Assembly (NCBI GenBank): GCA_024641745.1
Contig: JAHECL010000003.1
Location: forward strand, 1 to 56,823
Source: Gemmatimonadota bacterium
GTDB taxonomy: Bacteria; Gemmatimonadota; Gemmatimonadetes; Gemmatimonadales; GWC2-71-9
Direction: 5' to 3'
Length of the DNA stretch: 56,823 nucleotides
Shown: positions 19,115 to 29,900 of the stretch, piece by piece
Numbering within the stretch: the stretch's first letter is position 1
Layout: each line of letters opens with the position of its first letter
Program-made: the position numbers and the translations under genes
The notes under the pieces: model-generated
Database searches by the model: none
Told to the model about the DNA's origin: nothing
What the model saw: the letters and a program-made list of their open reading frames with translations, nothing else

Positions 19115-20161
19115 CTACGGCGCGACGTTCTCCCAGGTGACGGTGATCGACACCGGCGGCTCGCCGTGGTCGTCATAGACGTTCACCCAGAGGTTGTAGG
19201 TGCCCGCCGCCAGCGTGACGGTGGACGACTCGGGATGCGACGAGCCGGCGCCGTTGAAGTTGCCGACGAAGCCATTGCAGTCGGCATCGCACCAGAGGAT
19301 GTCGATGTCCGCCGCGCCGGGCCAGTCCACCGTGGCCTTGATCGTCTCCGCCCCTGTGACGGTGAACCGATAGAACTGGTCGGCGCCGCCGCCGAAGGGG
19401 TCGGTGAAGATGGTGCTCGATCCGACCGCCGGAATCGCGAGGGCAGGCGCGGGTGCCGTCGGGTCGTCCTGCGTGGGGCGGGTCACCGTCACCAGCGTCG
19501 GCAGGACCAGCGACGTGCCCGGGAGGAAGCTGATCTCGACCCCGTTGACCTTCAAGATGTCGCTGCCGGCCCCCGGGGCCGGGATGAACTGCGCCGTGCT
19601 GCCGTCGCCAGCCACGCTGACGACGTAGGCCGCGTTCGGGCCACCGGTGCTGATGGCGACGTCCGGACGCATGATGTACCCGGCCGGCATCGTGATGGTC
19701 AGGGTGTCGCCGAACACCGCCGAGGTCGTCGGGGTGACCGTCGCCTGGAAGGCGATCGGTACCACGTACACCGGGATGGTGGCACTCTTCCCGCCGGCGG
19801 TCACGGTGAACTCCGTGGCGCCCGCCACCAGGCCGGTGATGGTGGCCCGGATTTCCGTCTGCTCACCCGGGAGGCTCAGCGTACCGTCCGCGTTGTAGAC
19901 CGGGCGGAAGCTGGAGTCGATCGCGACGCTGAACTGGGCCGGGGTGGCGCCGATCGTCCAGGAGGCCGGGATCTGGCCGTCGAGCTGGTCCACCAGCTGG
20001 AATCCGATCAGCTGGGTCGAGCCCTCGTTGACGAAGACGATGGAGGGCGCGGAAACGATTGCGTACGGATCGCCCGCTCCGTCACCGAGCGGGTCGCTGC
20101 TGCACGACCAGAGGCCCACACAGGCGGCGAGTAGGACCGAACCACGAATCATACGTGTCAT
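19115..20161 (-). CDS. Lipoprotein with Ig-like repeats and C-terminal PPC-like beta-sandwich
   Basis: RBS GAGG, start MTRMIRGSVLLAACVGLWSC (lipobox). Thr/Val-rich beta domains. C-terminal DQFYRFTV..DIDIL..E..TVTLAAGTYNLWV. Confidence 0.7.
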   Translation of the reverse strand: MTRMIRGSVLLAACVGLWSCSSDPLGDGAGDPYAIVSAPSIVFVNEGSTQLIGFQLVDQLDGQIPASWTIGATPAQFSVAIDSSFRPVYNADGTLSLPGEQTEIRATITGLVAGATEFTVTAGGKSATIPVYVVPIAFQATVTPTTSAVFGDTLTITMPAGYIMRPDVAISTGGPNAAYVVSVAGDGSTAQFIPAPGAGSDILKVNGVEISFLPGTSLVLPTLVTVTRPTQDDPTAPAPALAIPAVGSSTIFTDPFGGGADQFYRFTVTGAETIKATVDWPGAADIDILWCDADCNGFVGNFNGAGSSHPESSTVTLAAGTYNLWVNVYDDHGEPPVSITVTWENVAP

Positions 20162-20236
20162 ACTAGTACCTCGTTCTCGGAAGACGGTGGAAAGCGGCTC
20201 TTTCCGGCGTCCTGCAGTGAAACTCCATGGAACCAT

Positions 20237-21685
20237 CTATTGAAAACTCGCGCCGCCGGACTGGTTGAAGAAGTTCACGCCCAGCCAGCGGCCCACGTCG
20301 ATCACCCCATCCGGGGTCAGGATATCCTGCCAGTCTTGCCTCGAGCTCTCGGTCAGCTCGTTGGTGTAGATCAACTGGAAACCGCCCAGGTTGTTCTTGT
20401 CCACAAAGATAAAATACCGGTCCTTCTGCTTCGTGTACCGCCACACCTGATAGGTGGGCGCCCGGCCCGCCGCGACCCGGTCGAGGAACTCATCGTAGGG
20501 TCCGTACTTGGCGTAGATCCGGCCCCGATCGCTGCGCCATCCGGGAGTCGTCCGTCGTCCACTCTCCTTGAACGCCTGGTTGGCGTAGGCGACAGCCTCG
20601 TAAAAACGCTCGCGGGTCTCGTTCCGGTCCACTCCCGGTGTCTCGTCATGCCTGACCCAGAACTCGGTCAGCCAGCGGCGCTTTCCATCGACGCTCAGGT
20701 CCTTGTACAGGTTCAGCCCATCTTCCTGCGTCGCGATGTAGAGCAGCGGACCGGCCGCGCTGTCCAGCTGGGCCTCGTCCATGGCGGCGAAATAGCCCGC
20801 GTCGGTCCGCTGCTCCATCTCCAGCCGGGCGGACTCCTTGGCCAGCGTCTCCTCGAGCCCGGCCATGGTGAACGGCTGCTCCCGTTGGGACGCCGTGCCG
20901 CCCAGGTCCACCGCCACCCGCATGGTGTAGCTGCCTTCCGGCAGTCCGGTCAGGTCCAGCTGGCCCTTCAGCACCCCGCCCCCGGCCGGCACGGACACGG
21001 CCACCGGCGGGGTCTGCAGGATCGTGTTGCCGCCGGCACCGAGGATGGATGCGGTCAGCTGTCCGCTGGCCGCCGCCTCGCTGTACGCCTCGATCAGGTA
21101 GTACGCCTCGCTCTGCAGCGGCGTCAGGCGCAATTCGACCGTGCCCGTCACCAGCGTATTCCCGACCCGGAGTTCCCCCGGCCTGGGAACGGTGTCCCCC
21201 GGTGTGGCCAGCCGGATTTCCGGTGAGAGCAGGAGATCCGACAAGGCCGGCGGCGACCGAAAACCCTGTGTGGCCGCCCTGGCGGAGGCCTTCCGCCCGG
21301 TGATGCTGTCCTCGACCGTCACTTCGAGCACGTAGGACCCGGGCAACACCGCGAATTCCAGCATTTCCAGCGTTGACACCCCCGCCGTCGCATACGCCCG
21401 CGGGAGGTAATTGGTCCAGCTTTCCTGCAGGAGCCCCAGCCCGGTGGAGTCGGTCACCTTGACGGTCACGAAGTAGGTGACCTGCTCGGTGTTCGTGGCG
21501 CTCGCCCCACCCGCGAAGAGCACGTAGGGGATCTGGATGAACGCCTTGACCAGTGTCTGACGGTTGTCGGCCCGATAGAACCGCACCGTGCGAACCGCCA
21601 TCACATCTTCAGCATGCCTCGGCCCGGTCTGAGCCGGGACGGCCACCAGGGTGGCCGCACACGCGAGCGAAAACCAACGGACCAT
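20237..21685 (-). CDS. GWxTD-domain secreted protein
   Basis: RBS AGGAG, signal peptide MVRWFSLACAATLVAVPA-Q. C-terminal FW..HDETP..NE.RE.FY..V.YAN..F..GWRSDRGRIY.KYGP...W.Y...FIFVD. Confidence 0.85.
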   Translation of the reverse strand: MVRWFSLACAATLVAVPAQTGPRHAEDVMAVRTVRFYRADNRQTLVKAFIQIPYVLFAGGASATNTEQVTYFVTVKVTDSTGLGLLQESWTNYLPRAYATAGVSTLEMLEFAVLPGSYVLEVTVEDSITGRKASARAATQGFRSPPALSDLLLSPEIRLATPGDTVPRPGELRVGNTLVTGTVELRLTPLQSEAYYLIEAYSEAAASGQLTASILGAGGNTILQTPPVAVSVPAGGGVLKGQLDLTGLPEGSYTMRVAVDLGGTASQREQPFTMAGLEETLAKESARLEMEQRTDAGYFAAMDEAQLDSAAGPLLYIATQEDGLNLYKDLSVDGKRRWLTEFWVRHDETPGVDRNETRERFYEAVAYANQAFKESGRRTTPGWRSDRGRIYAKYGPYDEFLDRVAAGRAPTYQVWRYTKQKDRYFIFVDKNNLGGFQLIYTNELTESSRQDWQDILTPDGVIDVGRWLGVNFFNQSGGASFQ

Positions 21686-21735
21686 TGTGCTCCTGGGCGG
21701 CGGTGACCATGGCCACCGCCGTCGCATCGAATCCG

Positions 21736-22857
21736 TTACCAGCCGATGCTGAACGTGAAGAAGTTGGTCGAGCCGAGGATGCCCATGTACTTCCAGGCAT
21801 AATCGAACCCGAGGTTGAAGCTCTCCGTGGTGTACGAGAGGCCGCCACCGAAGGCGGTGCCCTGGTACCCCTGCTCCTCGTTCAACTGGCTGCCCGTGAC
21901 GTCCTGGCCGCTGTTCGCGGAGGCGTAGCTGTAGCTGCCGCGGACCGCGCCGTTGAAGTTGCTCCCGCCCATGCGGGGGAAGGCGAACTCGGTGCCGACG
22001 ACGTAGCCAGCCTTGGTGTTGTTCGGCTGGTTGAAGTCGGCCAGGAGGGTCCAGCGGGTGTCTTCCTTGGCGATGATGTCATACGCCACGGCCACGGTGA
22101 AGGTGGTCGGGAGCGCGAACGCCTTGGTCCGGTACGACCCGGGCTGCGGGTTGCTCGGCACCGGGTTTTCGCCCTCGATCGGCTCGCGGACGATGCCGAC
22201 GTTGAGCGCGTCGCCGCTGTAGGTGACGTTCGTGCCGAGGTTCTGGATGACGAAGGAGAACTTGATCGGGTGGTTGTTCAGCGCCGAATGGAAGTTCGTG
22301 CCGAAGTCCACCGCGAAGGCGCTGCCCGACACTTCGCCGAGCTGGTCAAACACGCCCTTCATCGTCAAGCCGGCCGAGAACCGGTCGGAAAAGTTTTCGG
22401 CGTAGGTGAGGCCGAGGTAGGACTCACTGACCGAGTAGGTGGCGCCGGTGCCGTCCGGCAGTTCCACGGTGTACTCCGGCTGGTCCTTGAAGCCGAAGTT
22501 GCCGAGGTGGATGCCGACCGCCCGGGCGCCGCCCGAGAAGGGGAAGGCGAGGCCGCCCCAGCTGTACGTCGTGTTGGCCACGTACGAATACGTGCTGATC
22601 AGGACCCCGGGGCTCTCCATCATGGCCGCGCCGGCGGGGTTGTAGTAGAGGGCCGAGACGTCGTTGACGATGGCCTGGAAGGCATTGCCGAGTGCGGCGC
22701 CCCGGGCACTGGCGCCGAGGAGAAGGAACTCTCCCGACGTCGTGCCGTACGGCGTGTTGTCCGCGTTGATCTCGGATGCCTGGGCCGCGAGGGCCGCGGG
22801 CAATCCGCCGACCAGCAGCGCCGCCAGGGCCAACCCATGCGCAGTGTGCCGCTTCAT
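21736..22857 (-). CDS. PorV/PorQ-family (FadL-like) outer-membrane beta-barrel
   Basis: Signal peptide. PorV-type N-terminus GTT..EFL.LG..ARG.ALG.A..A..ND.SA.YYNPAG, FAVDFG strand, C-terminal FTFSIGW. Confidence 0.85.
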   Translation of the reverse strand: MKRHTAHGLALAALLVGGLPAALAAQASEINADNTPYGTTSGEFLLLGASARGAALGNAFQAIVNDVSALYYNPAGAAMMESPGVLISTYSYVANTTYSWGGLAFPFSGGARAVGIHLGNFGFKDQPEYTVELPDGTGATYSVSESYLGLTYAENFSDRFSAGLTMKGVFDQLGEVSGSAFAVDFGTNFHSALNNHPIKFSFVIQNLGTNVTYSGDALNVGIVREPIEGENPVPSNPQPGSYRTKAFALPTTFTVAVAYDIIAKEDTRWTLLADFNQPNNTKAGYVVGTEFAFPRMGGSNFNGAVRGSYSYASANSGQDVTGSQLNEEQGYQGTAFGGGLSYTTESFNLGFDYAWKYMGILGSTNFFTFSIGW

Positions 22858-22884
22858 AAGTAATCTGTCTCCTGGATGCGGAGT

Positions 22885-22907
22885 GTGGGGGGAGATGCTC
22901 CCCCCAC
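22885..22907. other. Intra-operon hairpin
   Basis: Perfect 10-bp stem GTGGGGGGAG-atg-CTCCCCCCAC between the cargo and PorV-like genes. No U-tract. Confidence 0.55.
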
Positions 22908-22918
22908 CCCCGGCGTGG

Positions 22919-25900
22919 CTACTTGGCGAAATTGACGATCGTCATGCGCCCGATATAGCGCGCATCACCCGATTCGACGTGATAGAAGTACACGCCGCTT
23001 GCAACAACCTGGTTGTTCCGGTTCCGGACGTTCCAGGTGGCGGACCCTCCGAGCGTCGGCGAGTCCACATTGAGGATGGTCACGAGCACGCCGCTGGAGC
23101 TGTAGATGCGGATGGTCGCCTGCTCCGGCAGGTTCACGAACTTGATGATCTTGTTCGTGTAGTCGTTCTCGTACGCATTGGTCACATAGTACGGGTCCGG
23201 CACCGTGTGGATCTTGGTCAGGTCAAGATTCGATGTCGCATTGACCTGGTTGACCACATCGTAGTTGACGCGCAATTCCGCGCCGACTGCAGTGAACGGA
23301 CGGATGTTCGGAGTCTTGGCGAAGGCGCCGGTGAAGGCGAAGGCCCCTTCGTCACCACCCCACCCGTTACCGCCGACGATCGCGCCCACGTAATCGCGCG
23401 CCGACCAGACGGTACCGGCTGCCGGCAGGGTGCCGCCGGCGTCGGCCAGCATGAAGTGGTAGATCTCGCCGCCGAGCAGCATGATGAAGCCCGGGTTGGC
23501 GGCCACCGGCGCGTTTCTCGATCCCCAGGTCGCATTGGCAAACGAGACCGAGGTGAAGGCGATCGGACCCGGGACGGCGGTCGAGCTCAGCGAGTACGCC
23601 GGACCCGCGCAGGTCATCCCGGCCAGCTGTGACGCCGGGTAGGACTTGTACGGTTCCACGCAGCCGACGTCGGAGATCGTGAGTGCAAGCCGCTGATCCC
23701 AGCTGGTGAGGTTGTTGGCGTTCGCGGCGTTCAGGAAGCCCCATCCACCACGATACGGCGTGGCGTTGAAGGGCACCGGCACGTTATGGGTGACGTCGAT
23801 GACCGAATCCACGGCCCCCGCGGCGCCCCAGTAGATGTTGTAGTCCGCGGCGCGCTTGGCACCCGAGCCGACGCCGTCTACCTGGCGGTAGGTCGACTGG
23901 AAGGTGTTGTACGCCTGCGCGTTGTAGATGACGGCCACGCCCGGGAGTTCACCGGCGTTGTTCCAGCCGGCGCTGAGCGGTGCGGCCACGTCCACCAGGT
24001 TGGTGGTGAAGTTGGCCTGGTTGCCGCCGTTCGGGTTGGACTTCGTCTCGTTGTTCTGAGGCGACGGGCCGGCGAACCACCGCGGACCGTTGTAGCTGCA
24101 GCCATCGCTGCCGGTGAAGCCTTCGGCGCCGTTGACGCAGCCACGGCCGTAGAGGCCGGTCCAGTAGGTGCCCACCAGGGTCATGGAGACCTGACCCTTG
24201 AGGAAGTAGTTGCCGTTGCCACCGTAGATCGACGCGAGGCTGCCGTCGATCGCCACGGCGTTGAAGGACGCCGCGCCGGTCACGATGCCGGAGGTGGAAC
24301 TCTGCGCGAGCGACAGCGTCAGCGGCGTGACATTCGCGCCGTTGACGGCCGACAGGTAGTAGGTCGTCGCCGCACCGTCATAGGACGAGCCCAGTCCGAT
24401 GCTGTCGAGTCGCACCGCGAAATTGCCGGGCGCCGAGATGACCTGCTGGACGAACGACTCGAAGCCCACCGTCCAGGCGTTGGCCGCCGGCATCGGACCG
24501 CTGAACGTGCCGTTCACCGGGTCGATGGAGGGGATCGGCGCGTTCTGGTTGAGCTCCACGTCGCGTCCGTAGATGCCGGAACTGAACGTGGTGCTGTTCG
24601 CGTAGTTCGACGCCGGAACCGACGGCGTCACGGCGATCGTTCCCGCCTTCGGTGACTCGAGGCTGGACGGGCCGGACGAGTACGAGTTCACGTCAAACGC
24701 CGTGACCACGTAGAAGTACCGGAAGTTGTTCAGCGGGGTGTTGTCCACGTAGACGAAGGGCACCGTGCTGTTGGTGAGGGGCGGGAGGCCGGAGTTGAGC
24801 CCGGTGACCGCCGTGTCCATCGCCGTCGTGTAGGAAACGCCGCTCGCCAGTTCCAGGCGGTTGCCGTACTTGGTCTGGAGGAACGGGCTGACGATGTTGT
24901 TCGGGTTCGACACCGTCCGCGGAACGCCCGGGGCTACCGGGTCATACGCGACCGGGCAGTCGGTGGTGATGCTGAGTTCCGGGGCACAGCCGTCGAGCGG
25001 ATTCACGACGCCGTCATAGTCGTCGAAGATCGTGCCGGCGTAGTCGAACTGTGCGACCAGGAAGAGCTGGTCCGGGCTGTCCACCCGGCCGCGGTAGATG
25101 CGGTAGCCTTCCACGTCATACTGACGGTAGTTCGGGTCGTACAGGGCGCTGGACACGTCCTGGGCGACGGCGTAGTACGGGTCGCCGCCGACTTCGGACG
25201 AGGACGGCTGCCAGAGCACCGTCACCTGGTTGTCGCCCGGGATCAGGAAGAAGCTGGGCGCCGCCGGGGCGAACGGGAGGAGGAACTTGGCGTCAAACAC
25301 CGCCTGGGCGGTGTACGACTTGCCGAGCAGCGAGCCGGGAACGACCGTCCATTCCGGACCGAAGTCACCGGACTGCTCAACCACGCCGTCCCCGTCGAGG
25401 TCGTCGAAGCCGAGATACCCGGTGAGGCTGTCCACCCGGTTGACGCCGGTGTTCATCAGCGAGGCGTCGCCCAGGATCCGCGGGTCGCCCGGCTTGACGC
25501 TGGTGCAGGGGCCGGCGAAGCAGCTGCTGATGGCCACCGGCGGGGCGAAGATGTAGGCCACCACGATGGAGCCCTGGCCGCCCGGGGGCAGGCTCAGGCC
25601 GGTGGAGGACTGGAAGAACCGCATGTCGACCGGCTGGGTGTTGTTGATCCAGCAGATGCCAGTGACCGCCGGGTCGCCGGTGTTGCAGGGCTGGTCGCCC
25701 GCCGGGACCGAGATGTTCCCTGACAGGTAGCGCCACAGCTGGATGGCGTTCTGCGGGTCGTTGAAGGCGCCGGAGAACGGCGAGCCGTTGACGGTATTGG
25801 AGAACAGCTGGATGGCGCCCGGGCCGTCCGGGCTCTTCAGGTACTTGACGCCCGCGAAGCCGGCGCCGGCAAAGAACGGCGGCGCGTAGGTGGTGGCGTC

Positions 25901-26872
25901 GAAGGTCCACTCCGTCAGGCCCGCCATCACGTCCTCATAGGTGTAGCCGAGGGCGAAGGGCAGGTTGACGCTGGAGTAGTTGGTGCCGGCGGACGAGACG
26001 TCCATGTCGGTGCCGAAGGCGGCGTACATGTCGTTGATGGTGTAACCGCCGCTCGGAAGCGTCACGCCGAACGCGGCGTTGTTCTTCGACTGGAAGTCCT
26101 GCGCCTGCTGGAGCAGGATGGTCTGGATTTCCGGGCGGATATTGACGTAGTCCGCCGGGTTGGTGGTCGTGATGTTGTAGAAGGTGTAGATGAAGTAGAT
26201 GATGTCTTCATTGCCCGAGGGGAAGTTCCACCCCATGCCGCGGGTCTCGACGACCACGCCGAGGGGGTGCTTCCGTCCGGCGTTCAGGCCGGGGTTGCCG
26301 TCCCAGGACATCCACCAGACGTCGCCCTGCGAGGCCTGCCGCCGGCGTCCGTCCGCTTCGGAGGCGTCGCTCTGCAGCAGCGGGTTGAAGAGATCCGCCG
26401 ACAGGTCGCCCTGGGGGACGAAGCCCGCTTCCGGCAGGTTGCTCACGTCGTCCGAGTTGGTCGTGTTGTAGATCGGCTCGACCTGCTCGCCGTGCTGCGT
26501 GGTGCCCTTCGGGTCGAAGAAGAAGGCACCAGTCGTGTCGCCGGCCCAGGGGCCGCCGTCAGGACCGACCACCCCGGCGAGCTGGAGGCCGGTGTTGAAG
26601 ATGTACTGGTTGGCTGTGCCGCGCGGCCAGAAACCGCCACCGATGGTGGAGGAATTGGTCGAGTCGACGCAGATCTGGCCGTCGGACGACAGGCCGCAGT
26701 AGATGCGGTTGATCGTCATGGCGCCAAGCGCGCCCGCCAGGAGCCGGAATCCCTTGGCCTTCTTGGCCCCCGGTTCCGGCTTGGCGACGGCAACCGTCGG
26801 CGTGACCGCCGCGAGGGCCAGCGCCAGCAGGCCCGCCAGAATGACGCCCCTCTTACGGAATGGTGAGTGCAT
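22919..26872 (-). CDS. Large secreted protein (1317 aa) with FN3-like domain and T9SS-like C-terminal sorting domain
   Basis: Signal peptide. Split FN3-like motifs PGDNQVTVLW..EGYRIYR..YVD....N...YFYVVTAFD. Last ~90 aa: VPDPYY..IKFVNLP..ATIRIYSSSGVLV..W....NQVVASGVYFYHV..GRMTIV. Confidence 0.8.
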   Translation of the reverse strand: MHSPFRKRGVILAGLLALALAAVTPTVAVAKPEPGAKKAKGFRLLAGALGAMTINRIYCGLSSDGQICVDSTNSSTIGGGFWPRGTANQYIFNTGLQLAGVVGPDGGPWAGDTTGAFFFDPKGTTQHGEQVEPIYNTTNSDDVSNLPEAGFVPQGDLSADLFNPLLQSDASEADGRRRQASQGDVWWMSWDGNPGLNAGRKHPLGVVVETRGMGWNFPSGNEDIIYFIYTFYNITTTNPADYVNIRPEIQTILLQQAQDFQSKNNAAFGVTLPSGGYTINDMYAAFGTDMDVSSAGTNYSSVNLPFALGYTYEDVMAGLTEWTFDATTYAPPFFAGAGFAGVKYLKSPDGPGAIQLFSNTVNGSPFSGAFNDPQNAIQLWRYLSGNISVPAGDQPCNTGDPAVTGICWINNTQPVDMRFFQSSTGLSLPPGGQGSIVVAYIFAPPVAISSCFAGPCTSVKPGDPRILGDASLMNTGVNRVDSLTGYLGFDDLDGDGVVEQSGDFGPEWTVVPGSLLGKSYTAQAVFDAKFLLPFAPAAPSFFLIPGDNQVTVLWQPSSSEVGGDPYYAVAQDVSSALYDPNYRQYDVEGYRIYRGRVDSPDQLFLVAQFDYAGTIFDDYDGVVNPLDGCAPELSITTDCPVAYDPVAPGVPRTVSNPNNIVSPFLQTKYGNRLELASGVSYTTAMDTAVTGLNSGLPPLTNSTVPFVYVDNTPLNNFRYFYVVTAFDVNSYSSGPSSLESPKAGTIAVTPSVPASNYANSTTFSSGIYGRDVELNQNAPIPSIDPVNGTFSGPMPAANAWTVGFESFVQQVISAPGNFAVRLDSIGLGSSYDGAATTYYLSAVNGANVTPLTLSLAQSSTSGIVTGAASFNAVAIDGSLASIYGGNGNYFLKGQVSMTLVGTYWTGLYGRGCVNGAEGFTGSDGCSYNGPRWFAGPSPQNNETKSNPNGGNQANFTTNLVDVAAPLSAGWNNAGELPGVAVIYNAQAYNTFQSTYRQVDGVGSGAKRAADYNIYWGAAGAVDSVIDVTHNVPVPFNATPYRGGWGFLNAANANNLTSWDQRLALTISDVGCVEPYKSYPASQLAGMTCAGPAYSLSSTAVPGPIAFTSVSFANATWGSRNAPVAANPGFIMLLGGEIYHFMLADAGGTLPAAGTVWSARDYVGAIVGGNGWGGDEGAFAFTGAFAKTPNIRPFTAVGAELRVNYDVVNQVNATSNLDLTKIHTVPDPYYVTNAYENDYTNKIIKFVNLPEQATIRIYSSSGVLVTILNVDSPTLGGSATWNVRNRNNQVVASGVYFYHVESGDARYIGRMTIVNFAK

Positions 26873-26899
26873 TGCATCCTCTCTCAGATGGATACTGTT

Positions 26900-26949
26900 C
26901 GGCTGGAAGAGGAAGCGGCGTCAGTACGCGCGCCGCTCCCCTTCCGCCG
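26900..26949. other. Intra-operon hairpin
   Basis: Imperfect ~15-bp stem GGAAGAGGAAGCGGCG / CGCCGCTCCCCTTCC with CGGC/GCCG extension, between the TBDT and cargo genes. Confidence 0.55.
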
Positions 26950-26962
26950 TGGATCAGTCGAG

Positions 26963-29900
26963 CTAGAAGTTCAGTTCCAGGCCCAGCCGCATCCGCCTCG
27001 GCGCGGCGGTGAAGTTCGCCTCGCTCCGGCCGGCGTAATAGCTCGCCTCGGACGCCCGGCGCTGTTCCGCCAGGGTGAAGGCACCGTCGCCGTTGCCGAA
27101 ACGCTCTTCGGCCCGGATCAGGTACACGCAGTTCGGGGCGGCGGCCTTGCCGTCCTGGGTGACCCAGTTCCCGCAGCCACCGGTCGACGGCAGGTTCATG
27201 GTGCCGGTCTGCGCGTTGTACGCGCTGGAGGCGAGCGCTTCGTCGGCGTAGCCCGAGGAGTCACCCGACCAGCTCTCCTGCAGCTCGGTCGCGTTCTGGA
27301 TGCCGTTCGTCTCCGAGAACACCGCCGTGGTGTTCGTGAAGTTGAACAGGTTGCGGACGTCGAGGTACGCCGTCAGGTCCACGCCGCCGAACCGGAAGCC
27401 CTTGGTGACCCGGAGGTCGGTGTTCCGGAAGGTCGGAAGCCGCGAGCCGTTGACGTCGTTGTCGAAGGCGCGGGCGCAGACGCCGGGCGAGATGACCGAC
27501 TCGTTGCCGGCTTCCACCGGGCAGCGGGTGTAGGCCGTGCCGCTGGCGACCCGGAAGGTGGCGTAGAAGCCCACGTTTTCCAGGATGGCGCCGCTGGTGC
27601 TCCCGGAGTTCCAGTTGTTCGGGAACGTCAGGGAGAACAGGCCGGCCAGGTTGTGCGGCCGGGTGTAGGTCGTCGGGAGGTACGCCGACGGCGGCGGATC
27701 GTTGCCACCGGCCACGGCGTTCAGGATCCGGGACCCGAAGTTGATGTAGGTGAACGGGTCGGAGCCGGTGTTCTTGGCGTCGCTGTAGGTATACGCCAGC
27801 GAGCCGTTGAAGAGGCTGCCGATCCGCTTGTCGATGCGGACGTCGAAGCCGCGGTAGTTGCCGAAGTCCGCATTCGTCATCATGCGGATGTCCTGGTTCT
27901 GCAACTTGAGCGGGTCGTACAGGCTGAGCAGGCGTCCGGCCTGGTTGGCCTGCGCGTCGCGGTTGTACGCCGAGAAGTCGAGCACGAAGTCATCCGAGAA
28001 GGCGTGCCGGATGCCGAACTCGAAGGTGATCGTGGTGCCGAAGTCCAGGTCCGAGCCGTAGACGTGGTTGGTGTTCGTCACGGCCAGGTCGGTGTTGATG
28101 CCGCCCAGGATCAGCGCAAAGTCCGGCGGCTGCACCTGGTGGGCGTAGGAGAACCGCATGTTGGTGCGGTCGCTCACCGGGAAGGACACCTGGATGTGCG
28201 GCGACAGGTAGCTGTGCGCCTCGTCCGGGGTGTAGATCGAATCCAGGGACGCCTGCACGTTGTTCGGATCGAAGAGCGGGTTGCTCGAGATCCGGACGGT
28301 CGGCTGGCAGCCCGTCGAGTCGCAGTACTGCGGGTGCGACGCGTTGGTGTTGTAGTAGTCGTACCGGACGCCGGCCACGAGGACCACGTCACCGAGGTCG
28401 AGGCGGTCTTCGGCGTACGCGCTCCACGCCTTCGGCTTCTCCATGTAGAAGTCGGAGAAGGCCTGGCTGGTCATGCCCGAAGAGTACGACTTGATGTCGA
28501 AGTTGGTGAACCCGCCGCCGATCTTGAGACGGTTGTAGCGGTCGACCTGCCAGTCGAGCGCCGCCGAGCCGATGAACCGGCTCTCGTCGTTCAGGAACAG
28601 CCGGCCGGTCGGGCCGCCCGCTTCCGAGAAGCCGAGGACGCCGTAGGCGTTGTTCCGCCACTTGTCGACCAGCGCGTACTGGGCGGTGTTCTCGAGGTCG
28701 TACGGGGTACGCCGCGAGTTCGCCTTGTTCTGCTGGAAGTTGTCCAGCAGCTCCTGGTTGAGCGGGAAGCTGTTGAAGTCGAACACGAAGTCCAGCGGGG
28801 TCAGCATGAACCCGCCGAACGGATCGCGGCTGTTGACCTCGGACTCCCGGGTGAGCGGCGACTGGATGAACTTGTCCTGCTGGTAGGACAGCGCCACGTC
28901 GAGCGCCAGGGCGCGCGAGGACGACTTGGCGAGGTTCTGCGTCCAGCCCAGGGTGTAGACCTGGTTCTGGTTGTTGTTGCCGAAGATCTGCTGCGGGTTG
29001 TACAGGTTGGCGTAGGTGAAGTTCCGCCCCTGCCCCTGGCTGGCCAGCGCGCTCAGGAAGATGCGCGAACCGGTGCCGAAGGAGTAGTTGAGCTTGCCCT
29101 GCAGCTGGTAGGCCGAGTTCGCCGTGCCCGGCAGCCGGATCCCCTGGCAGTCCTGGCCGTAGTTGCTCGCGATATCGGGATTGCTGCTTTCGGCAATGTT
29201 GATGCCGGCGTAGGTCATCGTCTCGTCGCACTTGCCGGTGTAGACGGCGAAGTTCTGGACGCTGTAGTAGGCCGTGTCCGCGGTCGGCGAGCCGATGGCG
29301 GAGGGGACCGAGACCACCGTGTCGGTGCCGACGGCGTTGAAGTACGGCGAGTTGGCCCGGTTCTGCCCGGTCCCCGCCGACTGGTTGCCTTCGGCCACGC
29401 CGCTGATGAAGAAGGTCAGGTTCGAGACAATCGGGCCGCTCAGGCTGGCGGTGACCCGGTTGAACCCGAGGCTCACGCTGTTGCCGAAGAGGCCGTCGGT
29501 CTCGTAGCCGACGGCGCCGGCAAACTTGGAACCGCCGGTGCGGGTCGAGATGGAGACGATGCCCGACTGGGCGCCGCCGAAGGCCGCCGACGAGGCGCCG
29601 GTGGTGATCGACGCGTCTTCGAAGCCGTTGGTGCCGATGCTGATCGAGTTGCCGCCGCCGGTCACGAACCCGCCGCCGCGGTTGCCCGCGCCGACCGGCA
29701 CGCCGTCGACGTACGTCGCGGCCTCGTCGGTCCGGCCGCCGCGCACGGAGATCGTGCCGCCGCCCGTGCTGGCCACGACGCCCGGCTGCAGCGCCAGGAC
29801 GTTGGTGATCCGGTCCACCGGGAGCTTGTCGGCGAAGTCGCCTTCGACGTTCTGCTTGGTGGTGACGGCGTCACGCGGCACCAGCTCGTTCTGCGCCGCG

